DNA from: Styela clava
Taxonomy: Eukaryota
Reading direction: 5' to 3'
Assembly (NCBI RefSeq): GCF_964204865.1
Contig: NC_135256.1
Location: forward strand, 19,220,001 to 19,284,000
DNA length: 64,000 nucleotides
Position 1 is the first letter of the stretch; every line of letters begins with the position of its first letter. Of this stretch, positions 26,301 through 40,165 are shown piece after piece. A program made the position numbers and the translations under genes. Under the pieces are notes generated by a model, which was given only the letters and a program-made list of their open reading frames with translations, had not been told where the DNA came from and did not search any database.

Positions 26301-28652
26301 AGGATATGACTCGCAGAAATAATGCAACAGCAAGTTTCGCAGTGAAGTAAACTGACTAAATATATATGGCCCACAGTCTTTTTATCCACATTTGTAACCC
26401 GTTAATTAACAGCGGTTCACTAAGGGTGCGCCGCTTTTGAATCACGTAGAATATTTGCCTCCTCTCTTGCTACGGTATCCTTGTATTTATTATACACATA
26501 CTGGTTCACTAGCGCAAAAGCATAGTAGAAGACTAAGTAGGTTTTAATGACAATTCATTTTCTATTATTCTAATATTTTTTTTATTTTTTTATATCAATA
26601 TCGTTGATCGGAGAACTATATGCAACTCGACAAATTTAGGACACTCCCTATGATGAGGTAGGTGATCTGCCTGCTTTATACAATGTACACGTGGAAGTCC
26701 AAAATCTCAAACTAGCAACGTCATATTCAGGCGAAATAGTACAAAATTACAGAATAATGTTTGTTAGTTGCATATTTGAGCTGGGGACAGCTGTTGTGTT
26801 GTTACAAGGAAAATGTAAACACAGAGCAAAGTACATACCTCTACTAAAGTAATATAAGGAAAACTTCCACATACATCTCCGCATTCGTCACTACCAGTGG
26901 CATACCTGCACGTCACATCATCATTGTCATCGTCAAGAGCTTGGATTATTATGGTACTGGGGCATCCCAGCTGTAACCTTGAGGGAGAAGAATTCAAACC
27001 TCAATGAGTAGACATTGAACAATTTATTGATGTAACTCAAGCAGAAACATTTATTACCTTACTATTGGTGCATTGAGAGTTCTTGGTGGATTGTTAACAT
27101 TCCCAGTATCGCTTCTAATTCCGAGGTCTATTCCTAGCAGACCAACAGACCAGCGACCGTTACTTCCACGATATAAACCACCAATCCAAGCACCGCTAGC
27201 AAAGCTGTAAATGATACAAAAATGGAGGCTAATACCATAGAAGAGCACAATTTTTAGAAAATAATTCAACGCAGTTTTCTCAAACATCCGATATCATCCA
27301 TAGCACTCATAATAATTTATGAACTTAGTAACTGCTTGTCTTAAGTTACTGACATCTGCATGACAATTGTATTTTTTGCCATAATTGCTTTGACAGCAAG
27401 GAAGACGTCTTCAAAAACCATATGTTGAAATTGAATCAGTTTTGATGTAGAGAATGTGACAAAAAATCTAAACTTAAGATGTAACAACTATAATTGTTCA
27501 TAATGAGGCATATGAAAACTGCATTGTAACTTACATGATGTCAAAGTTCGATGACGATGTGATATTAGCGCGAAAGCTATTATAACCATACGCCCAATTT
27601 TCGTCAGGCTCATAAACAGTGCATTTGATTGCAGTAGAATGGGGGAAATCGTAACTAGATGCTCCATAAAGCGACCAACTTCCTCCATCATATGCTTCGA
27701 CTTGACTTAAAATCATACCGTCGTCGCACACTGGATTATTGGAGTCTCTTCTCCAACCAAGACGATAATTCATTTCAATCTATGAAAATAAGGAGGATGG
27801 AGAATGAGGACTTAATTTATTTAGGTAAAGATATAATATATTAAGGCAGGGGTCGGGAACCTTTTTGGTCAAGAGAGCCATGAAAGGTACATATTTTCAA
27901 TTGCATTTCCGCGCGAGCCATACAACAATTTTCATTACCTAATAATGTCTTGACTTTTTACTCAAAAGTCAACACATACAATGTCAATATATTTATTGCG
28001 ACTTTTGATGCTGCGTGTTGTCGCTCAGGGCCTCAAACGACTTCTCACATGCAGCACAAAGTGAAATCAACGATACTCATCACCTTTTCTTTTGAGCATC
28101 TCCGTAGTGCTTAAAAAATTAGATTCGCTGGTCCAACCTGAATATTACAAATAAACAGTAGGCCTACAAACTGACGGAATACCTTCCTTTATCGTCCCGC
28201 GACTATATCGCTTCGTAATATGTTCCAGAATCCCCTAGTTTGTCACAATGTCTGTCTGGTATTCTCTCGCATAATATAGACATGTCCAGGGCGCGAGTTC
28301 TCAAACGTATTGGCAAATTTTCTACCAAATTTGGCTATAAAAATGTTTGAAATCTGGTAACAATAGTAAGCTCAAAGTCTTAGAATATTTAATTTTTTTG
28401 GGAGCCATGGGTTCCCGTACTTCCTTCCCGTATACAATATTCTGTCTCCGCAATTTAGGTTGCGATCTATGCGTCTACCTCCAATCATGGTTTCCTGAAA
28501 ATAGAGCAAAATCTATGAAAATTAATTCTAACCTCATGATCATTTCCATTTGAGCTTATGAGCTTCCACGATGCTGTACCTCCACGAAAATGTGAACCTC
28601 CAACGACCGGGAGCGTTGTGCAAAGAATGGCGCACAAGATACCAGAAAGCAT
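20379..28652 (-). CDS. Secreted/membrane-anchored protein: signal peptide + SHFRGG N-terminal region (Sib / integrin-beta-like-protein type) + EGF + ZP domain, about 790 aa, 15 exons
   Basis: GT-AG exons with consistent phases: 28652-28533, 27779-27535, 27204-27058, 26977-26839, 24445-24286, 24211-24076, 23762-23607, 23531-23491, 23393-23265 (EGF: CDVDNGGCSDTC..CLC..C), 22851-22673, 22344-22087, 21839-21667, 21394-21265, 21186-21107, 20658-20379; total 2373 nt, open. ZP-C motifs (YPVEV..IYF, ECVA, YPFISAGC..DPT, RFSIQAFQF, VYIQCSVLLC), furin site RDKR, hydrophobic C-terminus. The exon-5 acceptor could lie 21 nt further upstream, still in frame. Confidence 0.88.
25522..25849. mobile_element. 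hAT-type MITE in intron 4
   Basis: 5' end cagtggttctcaaac, degenerate 3' TIR, TSD taccatag / tactatag. Confidence 0.65.
27847..28100. mobile_element. hAT-type element end in intron 1
   Basis: caggggtcgggaacctttttgg is a typical hAT terminus; the other end was not resolved, so the end coordinate is approximate. Confidence 0.45.
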
Positions 28653-31484
28653 TGTATATTCTTCTAACATAAACAATTTAAAATAATATGTATTCTGCAA
28701 AATAAAAATGCTCGATATTAAGCGTGAATTAAGGCTCTTATCAATCAAATATCGCATGAATTCCGTTTCAGAAATTTCTATCTCATTTATCTTGAATATG
28801 TTTGAAAAGATGGTATTGATCTGACCCGTCCGATGGCACAGTTTGTAGAGCAGGATTGTTATTATCGAAGTTTTAAGATTTGTATCTCTGCCCTATTTTC
28901 AAGTGTTGCCTCCAAGATGACACAAAAAGACTGGAAGTTGCATAAAATTATATCAGAAATATACAGCTACATTTTGATATAAGCCAAAGCTCAAATCCCT
29001 CATTGTTCCATTCAGTTGATGGCAGCTGATGAGAGAAAAGTTGGATGCATTTTATTTTAAAATAATGCTAGATCACTTTTTAAATTTATATACAAATTCT
29101 ATGTTTTCAACGTTGCGCATTTTGGATTGCTAAGGAGTCAGGTATCTGTCTCAAAGACAACGCAAAGTGAACTAGAATAAATTTGTATCCCGGATTAATA
29201 TTGCCATTGAGGTATCAACTATACGTAATCCAACTGTAAAAAGAAAAAGTACTTGCCCCTTTTCTTATTCTGTTCTCGTTTTATTTCGAAAACTCGCGCA
29301 ACTCCTGTGTAATCATTAACGTTAACTTTTGAAATTCACTCAAGATGTTTCAAGCCCATCTCGCAGTCATGCTCAGTTTACAAATAATTTTACTTTCTTT
29401 TGTTTTATACCTTAACACCTTTTTGAAATTTTTTTTATGCGAAATAAACACATGGCAAATATTTACAATTTTAAATTTTGGAACAAAAAATTAAATGAAA
29501 ATATAGGAATAGCGGGCAATTGTTTTCAAGCTTTTTCAAATGATGAAATATTTTCATGCCACTGCAATTTTGGATAATTTTGATAGTATAATATATTTCC
29601 GGAAAGAAATTGGAATGAATGTACCAATAAATAATATTGTATTGTTGTCTTGAATACTAAGTAAGCTATGAGTTCATTTTATACATTGGCTCATAATATT
29701 ATTTTATAAATTAATCATTAGACCAATGTTACATATGAATTATATACTTCAACTTGACAGGTTTTCACCTCATAGTCGTTAGGAGGTAAAATTAGCGTAC
29801 TTATTGGTCGTGAATGAATCATTTTACTAAATTGTTGTTAATTTTTGTTACGATTCTTATTATTATTGTTGATGCTGTTCTTTCTCATTAATTCTGGATC
29901 AATCAATTTAAAATATTTCGTCTTAAAAATGGTATACACGTGGCTAAAAGCCAATTACTTTTTCTTAATTTTTTGCTTTTTCGTTTTAATTAAAGGGAAC
30001 TTATTTTGACATTTGACTTTGGTATTCCCGAATATTAGTAGGCTAAGTCATTTTTCGACAAATCCGATGCTCAGCTACAGCATCAACAGCATAAATTGCT
30101 ACGATGTGGACTTGATTTGTAAGTTTCGTTTGAATGATAAAATACCAGGTTTACTTGTATGTTGCATAAGCTACTGATGCACTGCTATTAGTTATTCGAC
30201 TTTTGAGCCCATGAAGTTGAGCATTGCTCTCTTGTCTTTACAATAATCGAAATGCAACTAAGCAGTGAAGTTTCGCCTTTTTCCGAACTGTCATTATAGA
30301 AATAACAACAAAGATAGGTTCGAAAAGTTGTCGCTTCAATGCCATGTTTATTTTATTATCACTCTCGCATACTAGAGAAATAAAATCACACATATGATTA
30401 ATAACATCTATATTCTCCATATTTATGTAAAGTAAACATTTGGCGCCAAAAGCTGTCTGGAACTGTTTACATCTTTCTTTTCTGATATTGATAAGATAGA
30501 ATTTTTGTCCTCCTTCTGTCCTACAAAATCCTCGTCACGCGATACTACTTATATTTGCAATATTCAAATGAGAATCAAGGTTTGGAACCGGAGGTTGGCG
30601 ATTATAAAAATCGTGCAATCGGCTGTAACTGAATCATGAATGGCCAATCTAAATTTCCTTCATATCATTTATCCATAGTAGTGCGGCTCAATGCACATTC
30701 ACTTATACAGTTTAAGTTTTGAGAATATATAATATGATAATGGAAACAACATATATATTATACTGTATATGAATGGTAGAGTTGTAACACAGGGGAATAT
30801 TTTGTAGAATGTTTTGTGTTTCAGCCGCACCCGCGTGGAATTGAATTCACCAGTAACCATATTTTGAACATGGTCCAAATCCTTAATTCTTCGATAGATA
30901 TTGCATTGCTCTTATCTAACATGAATCAAAGGGAATTCTCATAATATAGATTTGATCAAAAAAGGTCAATAGCTCCAAGTTTACATTTAATTTTAATCGC
31001 GTTTGTCTCTACCATCTTCTATTCATGTTCCATTATATTTTGGTGTTGGCCTACTAATTTATTCGATGATGAACACAAAAAATTTGGATAATATTTATGT
31101 AACCTTTTTTGATAATTTTCCACACAAAGTAACACACACACAAAATATCCCAACCGCTGGTGAGAGGTTCACATTCCACATTTTCCCCGGCGGAAACAAC
31201 AGTGAAGATCACCCTCTTCAGGTATCAACGGTAACTGGAAATTAAGCAATATCTTGAAAACAACTTCAGGTAGCATTGTTAAGCGGAAATTGGGTTGAAA
31301 CGCAACATTCAGGTCTGAATTTTTCTGGTAATTGTCTTTTTCATTTGATCTTTATCGATTTTTTCTGACCAAGCCAAGCCAAGCCGGCCTACTTCAGGGC
31401 ATTGGACCATTGCTTGAAAACTAATGGTCCATACTCTACATACCAAAAATGCTGTTTATTTGATTTTATGTTGTTTTATGACTC

Positions 31485-31760
31485 GGCGGTGTGGCGCATC
31501 GTCGTCATGTTCGAATCCCGTGTGGGGTTGATTATGTGCGAGAGAATTGCTAGACTCCTCGCCGTCGTAGAGTGGTTCACGTAACCGCTGGTCGATTACA
31601 GCTTTCTCCACCATCAAGTTCATGCATCTGAAAACTGGCTAACTAATCCCATACCCGACATGGACTGGTAGCCGGTCGAGAGGCCGTGGTTTGCCATATG
31701 AATAGGCGGTATTATCGGCTTTCCTCTCCCTCGGGATAAATAGGTAAATTCTATCTTATC
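31485..31760 (+). mobile_element. tRNA-derived SINE
   Basis: A-box-like ggtgtggcgca, B-box gttcgaatcc, shared body ggttcacgtaaccgctggtcg..cgggataaata; several copies in the window. Confidence 0.8.
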
Positions 31761-32220
31761 ATGGTTAGTCAAAAATGAAAATGTATATGTTACAGGTTTT
31801 AGGCTGTCTATACCAGAGTTCCTTAAACGACATCCGTTAGGAATTTCCAAGCTTTCTGCGACCCATTCTTATTCTCATATATATATATATATATATATGA
31901 AAAAGGATATGAGATGAATGTTGATTGTTGGTATTTTCCATGAAATCTAAAAAAGTATATATATATATATAGGGGGTTTTAGATTTTATCATTTCCGCAA
32001 TCAAGCGAGTTAATGGGACCTCCGTAAAAAATACAATAATCTAAAATTAATAATATTGGTGATAATGATAATGCATTTTTATCAAACTTTCAAACAGCTC
32101 GTGTTAACCCCGCTTCATTGATCAAAATAGTTTATTTGGTAAATGAAGTGGATAATTTCATTTTAAAAATTTCAAGTGCCACGTTTATATAAAAAAAAGA
32201 ACCACTCAAGTTCTCTATTC

Positions 32221-32278
32221 CCAGTAATAAACATCCTTATCGCCTGATATTGATGATAAAAGTATTTGTCTGATAAAG
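32221..32278. promoter_or_regulatory. Conserved non-coding GATA/Fox-rich block upstream of the ZP gene
   Basis: ccagtaataaacatccttatc..tgatgataaaagtatttgtctgataaag aligns with 4214-4271 upstream of the paralog; three GATA cores and one AAACA forkhead-like core are retained. Function is inferred. Confidence 0.5.
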
Positions 32279-33281
32279 GTTAAATTTAATGACAGGAAAA
32301 ATGTTTGTAGACAGAGCTGACGAATTGACAACTCACGTCCACGTTGATCAGAAAGAACGTTCATTCACTTGCATTTCAGTGTATGTTGTGATAAAGTTTA
32401 AGGCTCGATGCCATAAGCCAGAACGTGGTACGCAGTTTGGTAAGAATGTATTTATAATGAATCCTAATTCCTAATAACTCACGTTTATATCGAAATGAAC
32501 TAAATCAGCATGTTCATTCACATAAATGTGTGCCAAACTTCGTGAAAAATTTTTTCGGAACCAAAGTTGACACTCAACTGAAACGTCTGGAATTGAAGTC
32601 AAACCAAGTTTTGCATGACGTTTTTCGCATTCCACGTTTCCCAAAATTCATTAGAGTTTTACATTCGCCTCCAAGGAGAGAAATATCCAGTTTTGTTGTG
32701 AAATGCAAAAAATGGTATGCACATTTACATGATTTCATTTTTAGCGACTAACTTTTTAGTTATTTTCAAACTCCAAATAGTATGGCAACGGAAAAGAGTC
32801 TTTGGTACTCCATGACTCATGAGTGGAGAAATTATGTCCAATATTATATAAAGGCGTAATTAAAATAGGCGGTTATGGATATAGTGGAACCATCAAAAGG
32901 TAATAAGAATAATTATCCACAATTTAAGTGATTAATTAGTCATCAGAGAAATATTTACTCAAATTATCCAATATTTGCCTGTTTAAGTGTCATTAGGGAA
33001 ATATTGCAGTCATTTAAAATGAGTCATCTATTTTATGTCTATTTTGAACATTTTCATCGCGCAACGGTGATAATACTATTTGTTAAATATAAGTAGAATG
33101 CTAATATATTTGCCCAGACATTGCTGACGTAGGAGTTCACCATGTTCCAATAACATGAATGGATGAAAGACAGTAAACACTTCAGTAAGATTTTAAACAC
33201 GTACAAGGGCGTAATTGTCTGGGTCAAATATTGTTTCAAATGTCAGTAATAGACTCCATCTCACACCGTAGATTACAGATG

Positions 33282-33549
33282 TGCTTGAGTGCAAATGTAA
33301 GTTGGTGCAAATATCTGTGGGTGCGAATGTCCGTCCGTTGATCCAAAGGTTCAAGGTTGCAAATGTCCGTGAGTTCAATTGTACGTAGGTGCAAACGTCC
33401 GTGGGTGCGAATTTCCATGGGTGCAATATGCAAGTAGGTGATAAAATCTATGTGTGCCAGTGTCCACGGGTGGAATATCCGTGGGTGTAAAAGAATATAG
33501 GTGCAAATGCCTGGGTGCAGTTTGCGGGTGCAAATGTGCGTGGGTGTAA
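33282..33549. repeat. Degenerate minisatellite, unit ~15-17 nt (gtgggtgcaaatgtcc)
   Basis: Head-to-tail repeats of ggtgcaaat variants without unique spacers. Confidence 0.8.
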
Positions 33550-35832
33550 AGATAATAGAACTATCTTGCAAATACTGAATCAGGCGAAGGGTGCTTGGAG
33601 AAAAAAAGCTGCAGTGACCAAATAGCTACATTGCCTGGGCATATTTCTTATGATATTTGAAAATTTACGCTATGCTATGAGTCGGTAGGAATTTTCCCAT
33701 GCCCGAACAATTCTCATTAATGCAGCATACACGCGGCATTTTAATGAACTTATAGCAGGGGTGGGCAATTACTTTCCTGTGTGGGCCGGTTCCAGATAAT
33801 AGATTTGGTTACCGGGCCAAAGGCCCATAATACAATATGAAACTACGAATAAAAAAAAAATTCCAGTACTGAAATTGACGTACCGGACAAAAGGAAGGAA
33901 CAAATGTTGCAGCATTTACGGCCGCACGAAAAAATCCTCGAAGGTAGCTCTCTGAATGACGTAATTTGCAGGCCTAAATGCTGACATATCAGGCAGACAT
34001 ATCAACCTAATCTTTACCGACTGTTGGTGACGAATGCCATTGTGGCGTTAGTGTGACGCCTCAGTGAGCTCCCAACAGTGTGGGTTGCTGGTCGTCTTTC
34101 AGTTATCTTTACTGCAAAACGATGATTCCTGAATTTGTGTAGAACCACGAATATTCGCTGAATAACGATTGAAGGTCACAAATGGACCCGATTGGTAAAA
34201 ACGCGATCGGATTTGATTTTAAATTGGGTCTCCTAAACCAATCTTTTCCCGACCTATGGGTCGCGACCCTAAACTGGATCGCCTCAAAATATTTGGTATT
34301 GAGGTGCTGTTCGATAGTAATTGTATAGCTTTGTGTTAGCGAACACCCGACATGTTTTCGTCCATTATAATTTCTCAACAAGTTTCTACCACAAGCGATG
34401 AATGCTTCCTTCGAGCATTCTCAACTTGCTTCTTCACTTCCGTTGTATTGACTAATTAGACCAGTGTTTCCCGAGTCCGCGGAGCGTTTGAACAAGTCCG
34501 CAACGAGCCAGAAATTCACTGCGGGCCGCAAACGTTTTAGCGAAACTTAATCATCAGCTGCGTTACGATTTACGTTAGAATTTACATAGAACATAAAAAA
34601 AGCAAGTTTATTCACATAACATTAATCGAGTCAAAAATTAATGGATACTGAGTAAGGCTGAGCATATATTCGAATATTCAATTCCAAAATTTTGTAACAT
34701 GTGACGCGACAGGTCACATGCGCGTCGCTTAATCAAACGATTGGATTTCACAACTCACTTGCGGATTTCTGACAATAACACGAGTCGGCACGCGCGTGGA
34801 TAGATAGATACCTAAGTGGTGTTTCTCGCGAGCTCGAACAACGGGAAGTAATTTTTTTCTGGTGGGTGGCAACCTTAATTTTCTAAATTGAAAAGCGACA
34901 ATACAAAATACTAAAAATGAAACTGAGAACACCAAGTTTTGTTTCAAAATAAAAACGGCTTTTTAGACATTGCAAATCGCAAAATTTCGGGTGTTACTGT
35001 ATAGTATACGTGTATCAGGGCATTTAACCTCACTATTTTTTGCTTTACTGCCTCCACACTGGTAGGTACAGTACCGGAGCGCCGTAAATGTTTTACGGAC
35101 AGCTCAGATTTGTCGAATTCACAAAAATACGAATCAAAAACAAAATATAATCGGGCACCACGCATTTTTGTGTCCACTGATTGTCATATTTTTAAGTATG
35201 ATTGCTTTTATTTCGTCAACACAGCCGCAGATTGAAATGATCAAAATTAAATTAATATTAAAGCAATGCGATATTTTTTTTTTGATTTACTAATATACTT
35301 AATTATATTTTTAATAAATTCTGAATCAAGCTGTACCTCCTGGAAATTTATAACAGATAGTAGGATTTTTCTAACGGCGATAACAAATTCGCAAGATCGC
35401 AAAAAATATGTATATATATATATATATCAAAACTAAATATAATTGGGCAATATATTCTCACATTATTATGTTCGCGGATGGCCGTGGAATTTTAAAGAAG
35501 TAATGCTTTCATCTTGTTATAAGTCGACGCGACCGCGAGTGACCACGAAGTTTATGACAACAACAGCATTTAACGTTCTATTTGAAAATATACAGCAAAT
35601 ATTTATTATCGGGATTTCATTCTCGGAGTTTGGAACTGGAGTTTCAGAGAACTGGGTGTATGGACGTGTCTAACTTCCTGCTGCCCGAGACGAGTTTCTG
35701 ATAATAATGCCCCTATTCCTCCCATCTTCACCAATTATTTGGGGGATGAACAAATTAAAGAAGTTGTTATACATGAGGGGGGGGGGGGGAGGGATGTCAC
35801 ATGTGTTGAAGTTATAGTTTCGTTGCTTAGAT

Positions 35833-37419
35833 CAGGGGTTCTCAAACTTTTGGTGTCACGGAGCCCGTGAAGAGGTTGACTATTATTCACGGAGCCCCAC
35901 AAATAAGTTTCAAAAATAAAACTGACAAAAACACATTGTTGCTTACCGATTAATGTTCCTGAGTAAATTAAAATTACTTTCCTTAATTTAAAACTGCTAT
36001 TTAATTGGGTTAAAACAAGGCATGAATAAATCTGAATTTCACAGATAAACTATATATCATGAGGCCGTAGATTTGACACTTGACAAACACATTAATAAAT
36101 TCGTTGTCCAATTCCATTCCTTTTGATAATTTTGGAAGGCTTAGAAAGTCGCTGATAACGTGCGCGACTGCATTTCGTTAAAATCGCCAATTGTTTTCGT
36201 CAGCGTGGCGTGTTTTTAAGACTGTAAACATCTTTACGTCGGTGTTTATATTCCCAAATTTCCCCTGGCTTAGGCACGTGTTGTTCCACGAGGACGACGA
36301 TTTTTTGTTCTCGTACGGAATTGTGGGTTCATTGTAAAAAACTTTAGTATACTCATATAATCATTAGCAACGAGATGCCGAAAATAATTAATGAAGAGGT
36401 GAATCCGCAACCCTAATTTCGGCATTATAAAGTATTAAAACTAAAATCGAAAACGGAAAATAACACCATAAGTTTTGTTTGAGCAGACCTGCGACAGACT
36501 AAAAACGATTTTTCATACATTGTAAATCACAAAATTTGATGTTATGTTGGGTTTTCTTTGGAAATCATACAATAGTCACTTAAATCGAAACACAGTCAAC
36601 TGTGCGCGCGATGTCCCTTTTTATCCATTGTGAAACTACCGCCAGGGCTGCATGCGCGTTTTTCGCGGTATGTGACGACATTTCAGATACTTAATGAAAT
36701 GTATTTCACTCAATTTTTATTGTAATAAAATTACATTCAACCCAATTGAACCAAAACAAGGTATTTTAAATATGCCCGCATTCTTCATGGATTGCGCAAT
36801 TGTAAATATTGAGATATTCGTAAGGGCGATATCTTGATTAAAAATAGTCTTGAGTGCTGAACGAAGAAACCCTAATACGACAAATCCTAATATTGCAAAA
36901 TGCGATCTAATCCATTTTCAGTTGGCAGTTTAGCACTTACTTTATGTTATTTTAGAATAGTAATCTCTCATTTTAGTAATCGTAATAGTAATTTCGACTC
37001 AAAGGCGAGTAACGATGAACACAAATAAATTATTATGACAATACATTATAAATGTTCGCATCGGCCACGGATTTAATATTATACGCAACAGAAAACTCGT
37101 TATCCAATAAAAAAGTCTTTTTTTAAAGAATGACCTAATTGCGAAGTATGCTCCACGGGAATTTCTGATTCCAATTCTAAACCCTCTCCTCCTTTTTAAA
37201 AATCCTAGCTGCGCACCTGCTTATAGTTAATGTCATATTTGAATTACCGCCTCGTTGCCATATTTCGACGCTACTATTGTCAAATTTTATGAAGACTTCT
37301 TTGAAAAGTTACAATATTATCCGAGTCAGTATTTTAAAAGTTATCGAATAGCTCGCGGAGCCCCTACGTTTCTCTCACGGAGCCCTAGGGCTCCGTACGG
37401 AGCACTTTGAGAACCTATG
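35833..37419. mobile_element. Non-autonomous hAT-type element (~1.6 kb)
   Basis: TIR caggggttctcaaac / tttgagaacctatg, subterminal cacggagccc repeats at both ends, TSD gcttagat / gcttagcc. Related internal sequence at ~34900-35010. Confidence 0.75.
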
Positions 37420-38346
37420 GCTTAGCCTTAGATGACTTAATTGAATAATAATAATACATCCATTTCACTTTTACTTGGCCTTCATTCTCATGTATAACAA
37501 CTCTATAATTAGTTTATCTGCAAAAAACTCGTCGTCATGGATTGAATATTGTGCGACAGAAAAGGCCATTTATACACTAAAAAAGTCGGCTCGTTTAACA
37601 AACGCTTAATTGCGGCGAATTTTCGATTTTAAAATTCTGTTGTGTTTGGTTTTATTATTTCTTCACACAGAGTAAGTGCGGTTGCAATAAACGCACGTTG
37701 GGTCCGCAAAGGTTTTCGCCGGTGAAAAAATAGTCCGCGACCAAAAAAGGTTGGGAAACGCTCGAAATTAGAACTAATGTCAACGGTGAAACAACATTTG
37801 ACTCGCTTTCGTTTTCTAGCAATTAGTCTTTTTTCTTTCGAAATTTGGGAGTGACTAAAAATAACCCTATGATAACTTTTTCTGCACAAGCCTTAGTTTA
37901 GACCCGATCGGTTCTCCAGTCCCGCACAAAACCAATTACGAACGTTTATTTACGTTATACGCAAATACTCTTATACAAAACGCGACCACGATAGATAGAC
38001 AATGTGGAAGAATTTTCAGAACTCAGCAGTAATAAAATATATTTATATAAAAATAGGGTCCTTTAGCGAAACACCAAGTAAAAATAATTTCAAACTTTTT
38101 GATTCATATATGAAGCAGTTAAAATAGAAAGTTTGTTTAAAACGTGCTAACATTTAATATTTACAAAACTAATGCCAAGAATGAAATTCACAATTTTAAA
38201 AAAGTTTTAAGGCAAAACTGTGATATGTGACTGAGCCCTGGATCACTATTTGATCATGATTTAGGACTTTCAATTCAACAGATTCTTTGTGACCAGCATG
38301 GAGTGGAAGCATTTGATCAGACGCTGAAAAAAAACTTTGCCATTGA

Positions 38347-39825
38347 CTATAAGTTTTTCTTCAATGCTAAAACACCGATGATAACAATAGTCTCAGTAAT
38401 TGCTGGAAGGGCACTGTAAAAAAAAAAATTGACAGAGCAATGGAAATGGATTTTGTCACTGAATAAAATTATAATAAAACTCAGTGGCTACCATAAGCTT
38501 GTTTCTCTCAATTTTGGTAAATTCAGGAGAATTAAAAAGACGGAAAAAAACAATCATATTTTCAAACAAATATTGTTATAAGAGACTTAAACGTAGAGAT
38601 TCTCTCACAACAATGTTGTTGGGCATTTTGTTACAATGATGCTACTTATAATAACTGGAATTTTTTACATTTCATATACATTCAAAACCTCCAACAGGTC
38701 TTTTTAAACTTACAAACTGTATTCAACAGAACTTAGAATTAGTCACATATCAAGAAGTCTCGAAAATCAAGAAAAACAAGAAGATCGACAGTGAAATGAC
38801 TTAGGGCCTTGGAGTATACAAGAGTGGAAAATATATTGGTCATATGATGCACCATTATTTTAAAATATTCTGTGGCTTGGTCTGATGAAAAGTATATGAG
38901 AATAAAAGTTTTGTTGATAATTACTAACCTACAGAATGCAAAAATCCACCAATATAAAGAGCAGCTCCAAGAATCAAAAACGAAAAAGGCGAGAGTGACA
39001 CTGGCCCCTGCATGAGCCGCAATAGCTGAATAGTTCAGTATAAGGAAGTTGAGGTAAACAATGTGAAATCTCAATTACTAAATACAAATTTTGCTGAATC
39101 CCACTTGAGTTCAACCTGCCTTCATAAAAAAATTTGTTAACGTCTTATTCCCCAATAATCTTACATTGAAGATATAAATTAAACACTATTTCCATTTATT
39201 GCAATTCAAAATCTTTTTTTATAGAATTAAATAAACTATTTGTTAAAAAGGATACAAAATAGAGACTGCGTGTGACTGAACATTGAAACTCCACCAATAA
39301 ACCCTCCAAATTCAACCAAAAAGAATGCTAGTGTTATTGAAAGGCCAATAATAAGTTCAGTGTCTCTGGATGAATATTCTGCAGCAGTGTAGTTAATTGG
39401 AAGACATGCTTTCACATTCAGATCCTGTAGTAATATTGAACACTTCATGATTTACTCAAAACTAGAATAGAATATAACCAAAGGCACGCACTATTAATTA
39501 AATAGGTCAAAAAACTAATACACATTTAATTTGAGGTTTTCTGATAAAAGAAATATTTAAATCAACAATTACGGTAGTAATTTCTGGTGTTTAAAGCTAT
39601 ACATGTAAACATGATGGTCCCAAAAAACTGTGCTAAGAGTTCTGGTGCATGGTGCTCTGAAATACACTTTAGTTGCTACGTTTGTCATAAAATAGCAATT
39701 GTATTTTATATACAATATGATAATGAAAAAATACTCACCCTTGACCAGAATATTGATATGACAATCACCAGATGTGCTATGAGAACCAAGAATCTAGTTG
39801 GTACCAAACCACTTACAGCTCTCAT
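38347..39825 (-). CDS. TMEM107: Transmembrane protein 107 (ciliary transition zone), 139 aa, 4 coding exons
   Basis: Exons 39825-39739, 39424-39256, 39025-38929, 38413-38347 (420 nt) give MRAVSGLVPTRFLVLIAHLVIVISIFWSR-DLNVKACLP..GGVSMFSHTQSLF-SIAAHAGASV..WWIFAFC-SALPAITE..LKKNL, matching the TMEM107 family throughout. Confidence 0.95.
39026..39255 (-). other. U12-type (minor spliceosome) GT-AG intron in TMEM107
   Basis: 5' splice site GTATCCTTT; branch-like TTCCTTATAC at 39047-39038, about 12 nt from the AG; no polypyrimidine tract. Confidence 0.85.
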
Positions 39826-39953
39826 AATTTTAATATGCGGCGGATTGAATCAATTTACAGGTGACGGTAGATAGGCTTACCCCTGTGAAAACAGAAAATA
39901 TTCCATAATAAATCTGTGGTACAGCAAAGACAGTTATAGGTGTATATATTGGG

Positions 39954-40165
39954 AACATATTTATCCTTGGGGAGAGCAAAACGTTTGCCTAATCATGTTG
40001 AAAACTACTGCCTCTTGTCCAATTATCAGTTCATCAAGTATAGGAATACATAACTAGAGTGTTTCTTTCAGTTCATGAACTTGATGGTGGCAGGGTAGAG
40101 GAAGCCATAACCAAACAGATGATACAAACTTACTGAACCACACTACGATAGCAAGGGATGAGCCT
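39954..40165 (-). mobile_element. Diverged SINE copy
   Basis: acatatttatccttggggagag and acttgatggtgg..gaggaagccataacc match the reverse complement of the SINE body. Confidence 0.55.

Noticed and set aside
33282-33549. Short repeats resembling a CRISPR array
   Set aside because: Degenerate tandem units without unique spacers, eukaryotic context, no cas genes.
38040-38346. U8 snoRNA (SNORD118), which lies at the 3' end of human TMEM107
   Set aside because: No U8-like 5' sequence and no properly placed C and D boxes on the sense strand.
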